This document shows positions 43,685-58,649 of a stretch of DNA of 64,000 bases, in pieces. A model generated the notes under the pieces. That model was not told the origin of the DNA. It made no database searches and saw nothing but the letters and a program-made list of their open reading frames with translations. The DNA is from the human T2T-CHM13v2.0 reference genome, Homo sapiens, in assembly GCF_009914755.1 (NCBI RefSeq), contig NC_060940.1; one strand, written 5' to 3'. Each line of letters starts with the position of its first letter. Position 1 is the first letter of the stretch. The translations under genes and the position numbers were made by a program.

Positions 43685-43967
43685 GTTTTTTTTTTTTTTT
43701 TTTTTTTTTTTGAGATGGAGTCTTGCTCTGTTGCCCAGGCTGGAGTAAAGTGGTATAATTTCAGCTCACTGTAACCTCCACTTCCTGGGTTCAAGCAAAT
43801 TCTTGTGCCTCAGCCTCCCAAGCAGCTGGGATTATAGGCGTGCTCCACCATGCCCAGCTAATTTTTTTATTTTTGTAGAGATGGGGTTCCAGGGTCTAGA
43901 ACTCCTGACCTCAAGCGATCCTCCCACTTCAGCCTCCCAGAGTGCTGAGTTTACACTGCGCCCAGAC
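43685..43967 (-). mobile_element. Alu (S/J) with small internal deletions
   Basis: Antisense dimer; 21-bp TSD TAGTTCTGATT(T/A)TGATTTCTT. Confidence 0.9.
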
Positions 43968-44029
43968 TAGTTCTGATTATGATTTCTTATGCAAATCCAA
44001 TTCCCCTATAGACAGAGAAAAGCCTCATT

Positions 44030-45240
44030 GCAGAGACTACCCATCTCCTCCATTGCTTCCTGGTCCCAGCCACCATCATTGCCCACCTGGACAGCAGCAA
44101 CCTCCTCCCCGCAGTGGTCTCCCTCTTCCACCCTTGCCCTCTACACTCTGTTTTTTCACAGGCAGCTAGTGATCTATTAAAGACTAAGACATGTAATGGT
44201 ATTCTTTTCATTAGCCCTCATCTTGGCCAATAAAGGCCACCTGATCAGGAGCCTGGCTGCTTTCTGATCTCATCTCTTTTTACTTCCCCCTTGCTCACTG
44301 CACTCCAGCCAAAACCACCATGGTGCTGTTCCTTGAATCCACCAAGCACACTCTTGTAATAGCAATAGGTCCATGGCCCAGTGGTTGCAGCAGAGAAAGA
44401 GGCTTAATCATAGGGCTGCTGAAATAGGAGACAGAGGAAACCTCAAATCCATCTCCCAAGGAACTTGGGGTTAGGGTTTTAAGGGTTTTGGAGTGGGCCA
44501 AAGCATGGAGATTGTTGCTCCGTCAAAGAGTGTTAGGATGAAGCCAGGGCACAGGGAGATGAAGAAACTTCATCCTCATGCTGGCTCAGTTCCTCTGTGG
44601 GGGTCTTTAAACTGGTCAGCATCAGGTGTTCCACTGGAATCCAGGATCTGCTTAAGCAATTTGTAAATGAAAACTTTATCATTCTAACATCAGAGATTCT
44701 ATCTATAGGAACAAAGAGGATGTAAGTGGTCAGCATCTAGTGTTATGGATTACTTTCCATTACAAGGAAGTGAGCCAAAGTGCAGCCTGATTAATGCTTA
44801 ATTACAGCTATATTTCTGTCCGGAATTCTCATTAACTCTGTAAGGATGGCTTCACTTCCAGCTGAGGGCCTTTATACCTGCGGTTCCCTCTGCTTAGAAT
44901 GCTGTTCCCTCAGATTTCCTTATGGCTCCTACATCTGCTCCCTTCAGGTTGCTGCTGAAATGGATCTTATCAGAGAAGCCTTCTTGAGTCTCTTCTGTAA
45001 GATAGTCCTGACCTGCACCATTCCCATCCCCTCTGTAACTTTATTTTCCTTCATGACACTTATACCTGTAGTGGCTAATTTACTTATTTCCTTATCTCCA
45101 CTAGGATATAAGTTTCATAAGAGCAGGAACTTGGTCTGGTTTATTCATTGCTATATCCCCTGCACCTCAAAGTGAACTTAGTAAGTGCTCAGTAAAGTGC
45201 GTTTAGTAGGAAATCAATAAATATCGCATGAATGAATGCA
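44030..45240 (+). mobile_element. L2 split by an LTR26-like LTR
   Basis: CCACCATCATTGCCCACCTGGAC...GAGGGCCTTTATACCTGC...GAGCAGGAACTTGGTCTG...ATGAATG. Confidence 0.8.
44355..44854 (-). mobile_element. ERV1 solo LTR (LTR26-like)
   Basis: GCAGCCTGATTAATGCTTAATTACAGCTATATTTCTGTCCGGAATTCT...GGATGGCTTCA is reverse-complement-homologous to the start of the 22861 LTR. Confidence 0.8.
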
Positions 45241-48200
45241 TAAATAAAAGCCTTCTGGGGAAAGTCAGTCCTCAGGAGGAAAACGAGCATAAACGTCTCA
45301 ATCTTAGGGTTGGCACAGGTGGACTGACCCTTAGCCCATGCTCAGGGCCTGGATATTTTATGTAAAAGCAGTGGTGTCATTCTCTTCAGCACTATCTTTC
45401 ATTCCCTCAGGCCACCCTCTAACTGTTCCTCCCCACAACTTCTCCAGCCCTTCCCATAATCGAATTCTCTTTCTCTTCCCTGCCATGAATGCCCTTCCTT
45501 CTGCCCCACCCACTGGCCTGTCAGGCCTTCTGCACCTCACAAACGATGCAATAACCATCTTTCCTGTTCTCGCGGCATTTAATGGCCTGTAATGCACTCA
45601 ACTGCACACAATCTCCTTTACTTCCGCAGGAGATCCTGGAGACAGGTGCTAATGTCTTCATTTTAGTCATTCGCTGAAGCCACACAATTCATTGCGTATC
45701 TTGTCTGGTGGGGACTTGGAGACAGGGATGAAACATGCAGAGATGGTTCCTTCTCTCTTTGAGTCCAAAATCTGGCAGGGGAGATAGATGTGGAACATAT
45801 AATAGGATGAATATTTTCTAACATATTAATGATTCCGAGGGTTGTAGAGGGGAAACAGGCATCTCTTATCCAGCGTCTGTGTATCTTCCATAGTTAATTT
45901 CATTTAATCCTCATGTCAGTCCTCTGATGTAAACCTAATATGAGTCCTGTTTTACAGACTAGGAGATAGGGTCTCAGACAAGACTTTTCCCAAGGTCACA
46001 TGAGTCAGTGACTGTCAGGTTCAGATTTGAACCCAGGTGTGCCAACTGCAGTTCCAGTGTTCCAACCACCAGGCTCTGTGGCCTTCAGGTTGCTCAATTG
46101 AGGCCCTGTCAGGAGCAAGAGGCAGTCCAGATAGGTTCTTGGGAGAAGTGCTATTTAAGGTGAGACATGGAGTTGGTCAGAGAAAGAGGGTGGGAAAGTA
46201 TTGCAGGCAGAAGGAAGAAAAGGTGTAAAGAGAGTGGAGGTGGGAGTGAGCTTGGTCCTTTGAGAGATGCAAGAGGATGCGAGGCTGGAGCCAACTGGAC
46301 TTAGGGTGGAGGATGATGGGAACAGAGGGTGAAAGATGGGCAGGGACTGGAACATGCAGACCCTTGCCCAGGTTAGGAGTTTGTGCTTTTACATATGCGT
46401 ACGTATATAGATAGTATATTTATATTATTGGTAGACTGACATAATTTATATGCAGGTCAGGATGGGAAATCTGTGCTCCGGGAAAATGAGGTGATTTGTC
46501 CCAGGTCCTGCAGCTCAAGGGATGGTGTGTTTCTCCCCATCTGTATATAAACAAAACTGGAATCAGAGTCCAGGTTTCCAAGTCCAAAGCTGGTGTTTTT
46601 TTTCCTCTACTGGAACTGCCTCTAGCTCTGGCTCCCACAAGCTCTTGCCACCATGACGAGAAGATTAGAAAATCCTTTCCAGGATTAATGGCAAAAGAGC
46701 GCTGCCCTGCTCTCTCATCAGGCACTGGGGCACATGTGCTGAACCTGTGTTACAAGCATTAAGTCATTAATTGAGAAGATTTCGACCCCAGAGCACCTGG
46801 TGGTCCAGGCGGCATCACTTCACTCATTCCTGAACACCCACTCAACACCCACCTCCTCCCAGACCCCTGCTTGAAAGCTAGGCAGGAGGAGCGAGCTCCA
46901 GCTGCCCGGTCTAGTGCAAACCACAGTTACCATCTGTGTCAGTCGGGTCTGCATCCAACTCTGTTGCCTTCTGTCCACACCCTGGGTGTTGCACGCGTCT
47001 TTTTGTCATGCCTACCTGATTGGAACTGCCGGCACAGTCTATTATCCTCAACTCCACAGAGCCTTCGTCCAGAGACTGTGCTGTGTGGAGGGGGAAATTC
47101 TGCTCTAATGAGAACATAGCTCAGAGCCTGACTGCCAGACTGAGGAAGGAGAGAGAATGCAGAGCTGGTGTTTTGAGAGTCTACTGTGAATTAGGAAGGA
47201 GGGAAGCGGCTCTGAGTCCAATAAGTCTAAGTGGTAGATAACATGATTTGATTTTCACATATTCCTCCAAGCAACTAGACATTGGATGGGGGAATTATAT
47301 AATTTTATTTTATATTGTATGCATGTTGTATATTTTCTTTTGCATATTGCATATCTTATTTTACTATACACATATGCATATATGTATTTAATACATATTT
47401 ATATATATATACACACACACACAATTTTTTGTGGAGTGATTCAGGTATTAAAAGAGTGAGTAACGAATGTGGATAAGAAGCAGTGGGTGAACTGGGAAGA
47501 TGATTTAGAACATGAAGGCCAGTCATAGAATCCGGGCTGTGCCACCTACTTTCTATAGTACTTTCTATAGCATAGCTCCTTTAATTCTCTCTGGGCCTCT
47601 GTTTTCTCATCTGCAAAATGGGAGTCATAGCCTGCTGTTGTTTGGGCAGGTGTATACAGTTAGATGCAAAGGAATCTGAGAGTCTGGATCCTGACCTCTG
47701 CTTTCGTATATGCACAAAGGATTTCATACATGCAATGGACAAGGACACAAGAACACCTGGGAGGGAGCGAGGGAGGTGGAGAGGAATAGGTCATGCCGTG
47801 CTCCTGGGTGGGAATTGTGGGGAGGTCTGGCACATGGGTTCAGGCAGAGCTAAGACAAGCTTGGAGGCTGGCTTTTACTTTTGCCTGCTGCCACTGGGAC
47901 AAAGGGAAATGAAAAAAGGAATAAGAGATGTCCGTGCTTCTTTCCACCTTCCCTGAGAATTAAGACCCTTTATACCCATTCCAGAGGGAGTGGGGGAAAG
48001 TGGAAGGAAGGCACTGCGAGGGCCAGTCTTGTGGAGCCTATCACACATGGCAGAAGGAAGCAAGTTTGCCTTTCAATATAGTAACCTTCAGTAAAGCTGG
48101 GCCCAGTGAATGTTAGATGATCAATTTCTCCCCCTCTAGGATTGGGTGGCACAGTGATGATGAAGATACAGAAGGGCAGAAATTCTCTCTTCTCTTGAGG

Positions 48201-48784
48201 AAGAGGCCAGAAATGTGCACAGAGGGGGAAAAACACACCATCCCTTGAAACGTCATCTAGGTTTTCTCCTCTCCATCAACTGGGTTAAATGTCTAAGCCA
48301 AGGGTCAGGTGGATTGTGGCTCTTCTCCCTGGGGGAAGAGCAGAAGCATAACTAGGCATTTCTGCTTCTTCTTTTGGAAGAAGTCTCTCCTAGCACATCC
48401 TTGGGTGTTTTCCTGGAACCAGTAGGATGGATGGTTCAGATCTTCCCCACCAGAATTCTCTGAAATGGATCATGACAACTCATTCATTAAGTGAAGGCTC
48501 TCTGCACTCCAGCGGGTGAAAATTACTGTATTTCAATGCCCATCTTGCATTATATCCAAAGACGTCATCCAACATAGCTTTCTGGTGATCATACACCGTG
48601 TCCTAAATGGAAACCATATAACCCCTCTCTGGTTGACTTCTTATAAATTAGAGTTCAAAGAAGTTAAAGGCTGAAATTCTTCTCTTTCCAAGTTTTTACT
48701 ATGTTTTGCCTTAGTCTAAGTATTTTCATTCAACTGAGTGAATAATAGTATTAGTAGGAGTAGCAGTAGCAGTACTAATAGTAA

Positions 48785-49000
48785 CAATTGCTATGATGCA
48801 TTGATCACTTACAATGAGCCAAGGACTATTCTAAGAACTTTACTGTATTAATTTATTTAACCCTTATAACTACCTTATAAAGCTGGTACTCTTATTACCT
48901 TCATTTCCATTTTGCAGATGAGGAAACTGAGGCACAGGTAAGTGGAAGTGATTTGCCCAAGGTCACGTGGTGGGTTGTTCCCCAAGTCCACATTGCTAAC
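48785..49000 (-). mobile_element. MIR
   Basis: CATTTTGCAGATGAGGAAACTGAGGCACAG...TTGCCCAAGGTCAC. Confidence 0.88.
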
Positions 49001-49180
49001 CATTAAGCTACGTGTCTCTGTGTGGGGTTGGGAGAATCAACAAACAGACTTAATATTATCTGGGGAAGGTGGAGACATAGAAAATAGGAGAGGAAAAAAA
49101 AGACAATCTCCCTACTTTATGCCTCACCAGGATGCTAATCACTTTGTGCAGGTTGTGTGGAATTTAAGAACTCTGAACTT

Positions 49181-50519
49181 TTTTTTTTTTATTATTATAC
49201 TTTAAGTTCTAGGGTACATGTGCACAATGTGCAGTTTCGTTACATAGGTATACATGTGCCATGTTGGTTTGCTGCACCCATTAACTCGTCATTTACATTA
49301 GGTATTTCTCTTAATGCTATCCCTCCCCCATCCCCCCACCCCATGACAGGCCCCAGTGTGTGATGTTCCCCACCCTGTGTCCAAGTGTTCTCATTGTTCA
49401 ATTCCCACCTATGAGTGAGAACATGTGGTGTTTGGTTTTCTGTCCTTGCGATAGTTTGCTCAGAATGATGGTTTCCAGCTTCATACATGTCCCTACAAAG
49501 GACAGGAACTCATCCTTTTTATGGCTGCATAGTATTCCACGGTGTATATGTGCCACATTTTCTTAATCCAGTCTATCACTGATGGACATTTGGGTTGGTT
49601 CCAAGTCTTTGCTATTGTGAATAGTGCTGCAATAAACATACATGTGCATGTGTCTTTATAGTAGCATGATTTATAATCCTTTGGGTATATACCCAGTAAT
49701 GGGATCGCTGGGTCAAATGGTATTTCTAGTTCTAGATCCTTGAGAAATCGCCACACTATCTTCCACAATGGTTGAACTAGTTTACACTCCCACCAACAGT
49801 GTAAAAGTGTTCCTATTTCTCCACATCCTCTCCAGCACCTGTTGTTTCCTGACTTTTTAATGATTGCCATTCTAACTGGTGTGAGATGGTATCTCACTGT
49901 GGTTTTGATTTGCATTTCTCTGATGGCCAGTGATGATGAGCATTTTTTCATGTGTCTGTCGGCTGCATAAATGTCTTCTTTTGCAAAGTGTCTGTTCATA
50001 TCCTTCACCCACTGTTTGATGGGGTTGTTTGATTTTTTTATTGTAAATTTGTTTAAGTTCTTTGTAGATTCTGGATATTAGCCCTTTGTGAGATGGGTAG
50101 ATTGCAAAAATTTTCCCCCATTCTATAGGTTGCCTGTTCACTCTGATGGTAGTTTCTTTTGCTGTGCAGAAGCTCTTTAGTTTAATTAGATCCCATTTGT
50201 CAATTTTGGCTTTTGTTGCCATTGCTTTTGGTGTTTTAGACATGAAGTCCTTGCCCATGCCTATGTCCTGAATGGTATTGCCTAGGTTTTCTTCTAGGGT
50301 TTTTATGGTTTTAGGTCTAACATTTAAGTCTTTAATCCATCTAGAATTAATTTTTGTATAAGGTGTAAGGAAGGGATGCAGTTTCAGCTTTCTACATATA
50401 GCTAGCCAGTTCCCAGCACCATTTATTAAATAGGGAATCCTTTCCCCATTTCTCGTTTTTGTCAGGTTTGTCAAAGATCAGATGGTTGTAGATGTGTGGT
50501 GTTATTTCTGAGGCCTCTG
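49181..50519 (-). mobile_element. 5'-truncated L1PA (PA5/6-like), ~1.3 kb of 3' UTR plus ORF2 end
   Basis: ORFs 49493-50008 and 49872-50474 are L1 ORF2p C-terminus (…[26 protein letters not shown]…) broken by frameshifts; TSD AAGAACTCTGA(A/G)CTT. Confidence 0.97.
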
Positions 50520-50621
50520 AAGAACTCTGAGCTTAAGCTCACTGTGCCCGGCCTCCACCTTTATTATTGCAGCCTGCCTCCTCTGTCACAAAGTGGAATT
50601 TGCTCTAAGAAATTCATGCTG

Positions 50622-50925
<304 letters not shown>

Positions 50926-53146
50926 AGAAATTCATGCTGGTCTTCCTCCTTCATCTGGATGTTTTCTGAGGAGGCATCCAGTCTCCAGGTCTTGCTCGAG
51001 GCATTCTTCTTTCTGTGAGAGTCCTTCCTAAGTGCTTACAGCCTCCATTGTCCATTTCCCCTATGAGCCCAGTGCTTCTGGTCGCTTAAAGCTGAATTGA
51101 GTATGGATTCTGTTGAGGACAAATCTTCCACCTCCCTTTGGGAACAGGTGCCCTAGGATGGGCAGCTCTCCAAGCAGGGCTCAGTGTGGTGTGCTCTCCA
51201 AGAGCCCCATTTCCTGCTCTTGTCTCTGTCTTTCCATCTTCAGTGATATCCCAGGAACTTAGGTCAATTCAAGGAAAGTCAATTGCTGAATGGCATTCTT
51301 AGCAAACAGGCTTTTTAGGGAATTGGCTTTTGTTGTACTGGTTTGTCCATATATTGGCCTGATCCATATGTCATAGTTCGTGAACCCCTGAGCTTTTCTT
51401 CTTGGGAAGAAGGAAAGAAGGTATGGAAGGGGAGGAAGGAGGGAGAAGGGAAGGGCCATCTGTCCCAAGTTAAAACTAAGTAACTCATTGACTAAGTAAC
51501 TAATGCCTAGCTCCAATTAAACACACACACACACACACGCACACACACACACACAGAATATGGGCAATCGTATGGGCATATCTAGTTCCCTGAAACATCT
51601 AAGATCTCAGCTCTTGTCCTCAGGAAAACCTTTTCTCCTTGTTCATTTTTCCTTTCTCCTTTGTTTTGTCATATCTATCTGCAAGACCGAAGTCTGCTTC
51701 TAAAAGTGATCCCTGAGTTTCTGAGCAAAATTGGTGCCTGACATATGTCCTTAGATTTTTGAGTTTTTCCTATATCCCAATGTAAGACACTCAAGTGTCT
51801 AAATGGCTTTGCAAAGAGCTGGCCACTGTGAGAGCTCAATAACTATGATAATGATCATGATGACATCAAATTATATTAAGCAGCCCTTTATTGAACTCCC
51901 AACATGTGGTGAGCTGTACACTCAGCTCTGTCGATGTAGAGTTAGATAATAATAATTACAGTTAATTTTTATTAGTACTGAGTGCATACCAAACACTGTC
52001 TCCATGCTTTAGAGCAATTAACTCACTTCATTTCACAATCGCCCTATGAGGAGCCACTATGATCATCACTATAGGTCATGAGGCACAGAGCAGCCCAGGA
52101 GCTTGCCCACAGTCACATAGTTAGTAGGTGGGAGAGCAGCTTCTCAAACTCAGCAGGCTGCAGAGCAAATTCCCTAACTGTTGGTTTCCACTGCCTCTCC
52201 CTTGCTCCTCCACAGCCTGTACTATAGCCTGGGGCAACAGTTTGGGCGGCTGGGCTGAGTAATGTGGGAAGCCCATGGGGAAGGGGACTGTCTAATTTCT
52301 CTTCTGAGAACCACCTTGTCTAAGTGAGTTTTTGAGACATCACCAGACCGAATTTTTCCTCCACGGACTCCACTTGCCCAGCCTCCGTCAATAATTTTAC
52401 AACTCAAACAGCTGAGCCATGAAGGAGGTGGCTTGTTTTTGTTGCTGCACCATCTGTTTTTCTCCATCCGGCTTAATGTGTCTGCCTGGGATACTCGGCA
52501 GACACACTCTGCTCTGACCACCCCTGTGCCTATGCTCTGGGCAGTGCGGAAAACGGAGCCCTGGATACCTTGTCCAGTGGTCGTTGAGGACACTGACAGT
52601 CCAAGCCACATGTCAAGCTTGTGCCTCCCTCTGAACCTTTGCTTGCATGGTTGACAGGACATTATCTCCCCTGCATCCTTGTGTCTTCCCCATCTTTCAA
52701 TGCTGAATTCAAAGCCCACCAGGACCCTGGTCTCTTTAGATGACCCCAGGCACAAGGATCCCCTGCAGGCATGGGCATTTTGGCTCCAGGATTTCCATAG
52801 ACCACCCCTGCTTATCCTCTCTGACCTTGTTCTTCATCTAGCCTGATTTCCAACCTTGACATAGGACTCCACTCGATTTATGTGCCTCCGATGAGTGAAG
52901 GGACCTGTTCATTTTCTTTCCTCTACCCTACCAGGTGAGACTCTGCCCTCCTGCAGTCTTCTTCATTGCAGTTAAAGGCAGCTCCCTCTTGGCTGATGCT
53001 CAGGCCAAACACCTTGGGGCTCTCTTTCTCTCACAGCTGCACCATCGTGAATCCCTGGATTGTTGCAACAGCCTCCTAAAGGGTCTGCCTGCTTCTACCC
53101 TCACTCCCTAAAGGCAGTGTGAGCCTTTTAAAAAATGGTGTATCCT

Positions 53147-53448
53147 GGCCAGGCGTGGTAGCTCATGCCTGTAATCCGAGCACTTTGGGAGGCCCAGGTG
53201 GGAGGATCGTTTGAGGACAGGAATTCGAGACCAGCGTGACCGACATGGTGAAACCCTGTCTCTACTAAAAATACAAAAATTAGCCTGGCATGGTTGCACA
53301 TGCCTGTAATCCCAGTTATTTGGAAGGCTGAGACACAAAAACCGCTTGAACCCAGGAGGCAGAAGTTGCAGTGGACTGAGATCATGCTGCTGCACTCCAG
53401 TCTGGGTGACAGAGCAAGACTCTGTCTAAAAAAAAAGAAAAGAAAAAG
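53147..53448 (+). mobile_element. AluS inside an L2 (~52980-53845, +)
   Basis: Full dimer; TSD core GGTGTATCCT; L2 motifs on both sides. Confidence 0.9.
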
Positions 53449-53879
53449 AGGTGTATCCTATCTCCTCAGCTCATGACCCTGAGGGTTCCTGATCTATTCA
53501 CAGTGGAATCTGAAGTTCCTAAATTGAACTTCAAGGCTGTATGTGCATCATCTGATTTCTGACATCACTTCCTAACATGCCCACCTCACTCCTCCAATCT
53601 CAGTGCCTTCTTGGAGAGTCCTTGAACTTACAAGAACTTCATGCTGTTGCCATCTGAGACCCTCTGTCATTTTCTATTTTTTCCATTGATTATTGTCCTA
53701 CATGACACTTATAGCCTTCTGGCATATTATATATTTAGATGTTTCTAATTGTCCCTCTCCCCCAAAAAGCTCCATGAGAGCAGGGACTTTATTATCTGCT
53801 TTATCCCAGGGCTGAGAATAGAGCTTGGCATATGGTAGATACTCCAAAAATATGTAATAGTGGCCTTGATTTGAGAGGC

Positions 53880-54085
53880 TGGACAGCAGAGTGGTTAGGA
53901 GGTGAGGCTCTGCAGCAAATCTGGGGTTCTAATCATGGCTCCACTGGTTAATAACTGATAATCTTGAACAAGTTACTTATCCTCTCTGTGCCTCAGTTTC
54001 TTTACCTGTAGAAGGCGTATGAGTTGTTGGAAGGATTAAATGAGTGACTACTTGTGGAACATTTATACCAATGTCCAGCACATCC
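53880..54085 (+). mobile_element. MIR
   Basis: CAAGTTACTTATCCTCTCTGTGCCTCAGTTTCTTTACCTGTA. Confidence 0.85.
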
Positions 54086-54112
54086 TTACTGTGGTCTATA
54101 AAAGTTCCTACA

Positions 54113-54406
<294 letters not shown>

Positions 54407-54486
54407 TTAATTGCTTTAATATGTGCTTATATGTTGAGGATGCCTGTGTTTCCAGCTAGACCGTAAGTCTCATGAAAGTAATCCTC

Positions 54487-54783
54487 AGCCAGGCACGGTG
54501 GCTCATGCCTGTAATCTCAGCACTTTTGGGAGGCTGAGGCGGGTGGATCACGTGGTCAGGAGTTCAAGACCAGCCTGGCTAAGATGGTGAAACCCTGTCT
54601 CTACTAAAAATACAAAAATTAGCCGGGTGTGGTGACAGATGCCTGTAATCCCAGCTACTTGGGAGGCTGAGGCAGGAGAATCACTTGAACCTGAGGGGGG
54701 CAGAGCTTGCAGTGAGCCAAGATTGCGCCACTGCACTCCAGCCTGGGTGACAGAGTGAGACTCCACCTCAAAAAAAAAAAAAA
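54487..54783 (+). mobile_element. AluSx-like
   Basis: Full dimer; TSD-like AAAGTAATCCTC / AAAGCAATGCTC. Confidence 0.92.
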
Positions 54784-56344
54784 GCAATGCTCTTCTCTAG
54801 GTTGTCTACTACCATATAGCCCTTAGGCCTGGCACAGTGCCAGTGATAGAGTAGATACTGAACAAATATGTAGTGACTGGATGTTGAAGGCATTTATAAG
54901 TCTGGGTTCAATTATTTTAAAATTCCTCTGCATTACAAAATGCTCTGTTTGGGAACAGTTGGGAAGGAATTCAAATAACCTTCTCAGATGGTGGAAGATT
55001 GTTGAGAGCAGTGATTTTTAGAGAGCATTGCCCTTTACGTGGGAACTCTGCATCCTTTCATCTAAGTCGCTGGTCACACTTGAAATCACTCAATACCACT
55101 TGAAGCTCACTGTCACCTCTTCCTCCACTCTGGCCGTAGCAATCATTTCTCTAGGCTCAGGCAACAGTTAATTTAAGGTAGCAATTAAATGGAACCAAAT
55201 TGCTCTTTAAATATCATAAATCATTTAACAGAATGACTTTCGTCTGCCAAAAAGAATTAATCCCTAAAGCTGGAAAAATGCTCCAAGTGTATATATGTGT
55301 GCTTATGTGTATTTTTTCCCTTCTGAAAATAAATGGGAAAATCATAACTTTTTACTATGAAAATTTTCCAGCACACTCAGTAGTGGAGAGAAGTATCTAA
55401 TGAACTCTTGTGCACCCAACACAACTCCAACAATCATAAAAATGTTGCCAAGCTTGTTTCATCAAAACCCCCGACTTTCTTTCTTTTATTTTTCTGGCTG
55501 GAGTTTGCCAAAGTAAATCCCAGACATCATATTATTCTACTGCAGACATAAAGGAGAAAGACTTTTTTTTTTTTCTTTCTCTCTCTCTCTACAGTGCTGC
55601 ATTGCCATTATCACACCCAGAAGACCAACGATAATTCTCCAATAGCTTTCAGTACTCAATCCACACTGAATTATCTGAAATGAGAAATGATGAAGGACGG
55701 GCCACTGGTCTTACTGAAATAAAACTTGACACCTTCTGACATCCATCTCCTTGTTGAATACATTCTCTCTTCATCTCTCTGGTGTCTAGTTTCTATCTCT
55801 TGGGACTGTTCGCTTCTCCTGCTACAGAGACTTTCCCTTGGCATCATCTCTACCCTCTGCTTGAAAGAGCCTATTGATTTTTTGGAAGATTTGGAGAAGA
55901 GGCCTGGCACAGATTTACATAGGTCCTCTCCTAAGGGAAGACCAGGTCTTCCAACTCACCTTCAAAGATGGAGAGGATTTTGCAAGGATGCCTGTAGTCC
56001 AGTGAGGGAGACACTAATGCCTATCTTGCTAGCCAGATGTGCAAGATCAAAAGTCAGTCATTCTAGCAGCAGATGCTGTTGTCAGGGCACCTTGAGATAC
56101 CATTTGTGTCAATCTACTTAGGTCTGTCTGCTTGACTCTCTAATTCATCCATCTGTTGCTCTGTTTGTCTATCACTAATCTATTCAAGCATGTGCCTATC
56201 TAGCTAGTGATGATTCTCTTAAATCTATTTAAGTGATTGCTCTAAGCTGCTCATTGGTACAAGTAATTCATCCCATTACCAATAATTACTCAAAGCCCAT
56301 TGGTTTTTGCCCTACCAACTCATGCCGAATTTCAGTCTCCTGAA

Positions 56345-56680
56345 AATTCAGCTCATCTTCAAACGCACTGTATATTTTACTTACTTGATGTTTTGCATGT
56401 CATTCTCTCTGGATTGTAAACTCCATGAGGGCAGGCCTTTTGGTCTATTTTGCTCATTGTTGTGTCCCATAGCCCATTTCCAGGCCTGGCGTATGGTAGG
56501 TGTTCAATACATATTTAATAGGTGAATGAATGAATGAACAATTATCATCCCCATTTTACAGATGAGCAATAGGGGCTCAGGGAGGTGAAAGAACTTGCTC
56601 AAGGTCATGTCTAAAAAAGAGAAAAACTGACCTTTGAACACAGGACCATCCAATTTATAGGCATCATGCTCCTAACAGAT
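56345..56680. mobile_element. L2 3' end (+) joined tail-to-tail with a MIR (-)
   Basis: GATTGTAAACTCCATGAGGGCAGG...TGAATGAATGAATGAA, then CCCATTTTACAGATGAG. Confidence 0.8.
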
Positions 56681-57435
56681 TGCCATATTGCTTCCAGCAA
56701 ATTAAATATTCCATGGCAGGAGTTATATTCTCGTTGCATTCTACTGTCTCTTCTGGAAGTTTCTGTTATTGTCAAACCTGAAATCCTCTATGTTGTTTTT
56801 TATTCTAGTCACATAGAAGACATGATTTAGAAAAATTTGGATTTTTGATATACCTTTTCTCTTTGATTTGGGCACTGTATGTCTTAGAAACAAGAAAGTT
56901 GATTTGGCTGTAATGTGAACATGGGAAAAATGCAATGAAAATTATCTTGGGGCTTCCTTTATAGGCAAAAGATGTTGGGATATATGTTTTGGGGTTGTAA
57001 TCGTTCATCTGACAAAAAGTCCTTCTTATTTCTTCATTTTAGCAGATATTTCTTGAGCATCTGCTGTATTTCAGGCACTCTGCTGGGTGCTAAGAATGTA
57101 ACAATGAATGAGACACAGAGGTTAATCTCTGTTGTTGCAAGATGACCTCCAGCAAAATATTGGGTCACCATGAGCATATATATATAAACAATATTTAGTT
57201 AATATCTTTTACATACTTGACTAATCTTTTAAAACAATTATTTAATTATTATCTTTAAATTTAATTAACTTAATTATCTAACTACTTATATGACAGCTCT
57301 TTTTAAAATCATTCAACTAATCATTTGTGCTTATTTATTAAATTTTTCTAATTTTAAAAGAAATAGTCATCTTACGTTGGATTACCTGTTAAGGATGTTG
57401 AGAAAAATGTGAGATTATGCAATTTTTAAAACTTT

Positions 57436-57750
<315 letters not shown>

Positions 57751-58259
57751 CTTTACCGTTTGAGGCATATGTAATTGTCATATGTAACTGTTGAAAATAA
57801 GGGAAACATTGGCAATTTCATATAGTTCAACTTAAACATGTTATCTGACTGTAAACTAAAATATTGGACCATCTTGTTTAGTTCTAGGGCTCATCTACTG
57901 AAAGTAATGTCATATTTTAGCGTTGGAGCTATCGTGAAGTATATGCTAAAAACTTGATCATTATAGTAGGGTTGGCTTTGGGAGGTTATGTGAAGAAGTC
58001 ATACAACCTCATAAAGAGTCAGGAAGGTGACGTGAAAAATCACCTTAAGAAGACTGAATATGTATCAAGCCTGTAAAATGTTAATGTAACCTGATTTAAT
58101 ATATTAGCAGAGTCAAATAAGGAAAGTGTCAGTCAAAAAGAGACAGGCAGGAGATTGTGCAGCCATGGAGATGAGAGAAAGGAGAAGGACCATTGGGATA
58201 CTCAAGTCAGTACTGTCCATCTAGAAAGAAATTTTGACCAATAGAAATTTTCTGTATCT

Positions 58260-58630
58260 CTGAGATAATTTACATATGATAAAACCTTCAGTGTTAAATT
58301 AAATGAATTTTGGCAATTATGTACAACTATGAAACCCAAAATATAGTACATTTTCTTCACCTCAGAAAATTCCAGGCCCTTTCCAATCAAAACCAACCCC
58401 CTTCCAGGCAACCACTTTGTGATATTTTTCACTTTGAATAATGTAACCTATTCTAGAACTTGGTATAAGTGGAATCATCTGTATATATCCCTTTGTGTAA
58501 GGCTTCTCTTGCTAAATATAATGTTTTTGAGATTCAGCCATGTTTTTGGGCATATAAGTAGCTTTAAAAAATATTGCTGAGTAGTATTTTATTGTATGAA
58601 TATACTACAATTTGTTTATCCATTCTCCTG
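58260..58630 (-). mobile_element. Ancient L1M (MC/ME-like) 3' fragment
   Basis: Antisense L1 3' UTR motifs (GGAATCATCTGTATATATCC...GAGATTCAGCCATG). Confidence 0.65.
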
Positions 58631-58649
58631 CTTAGGATTGACCAGCGTG

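Noticed and set aside
49493-50474. ORFs of 171 and 200 aa resembling reverse-transcriptase protein C-terminus
   Set aside because: They are frameshifted L1 ORF2 remnants of a 5'-truncated L1PA.
52222-52755. 177-aa minus-strand ORF in unique sequence
   Set aside because: Non-ATG start, no recognisable domain and no exon structure; this length is attainable by chance.
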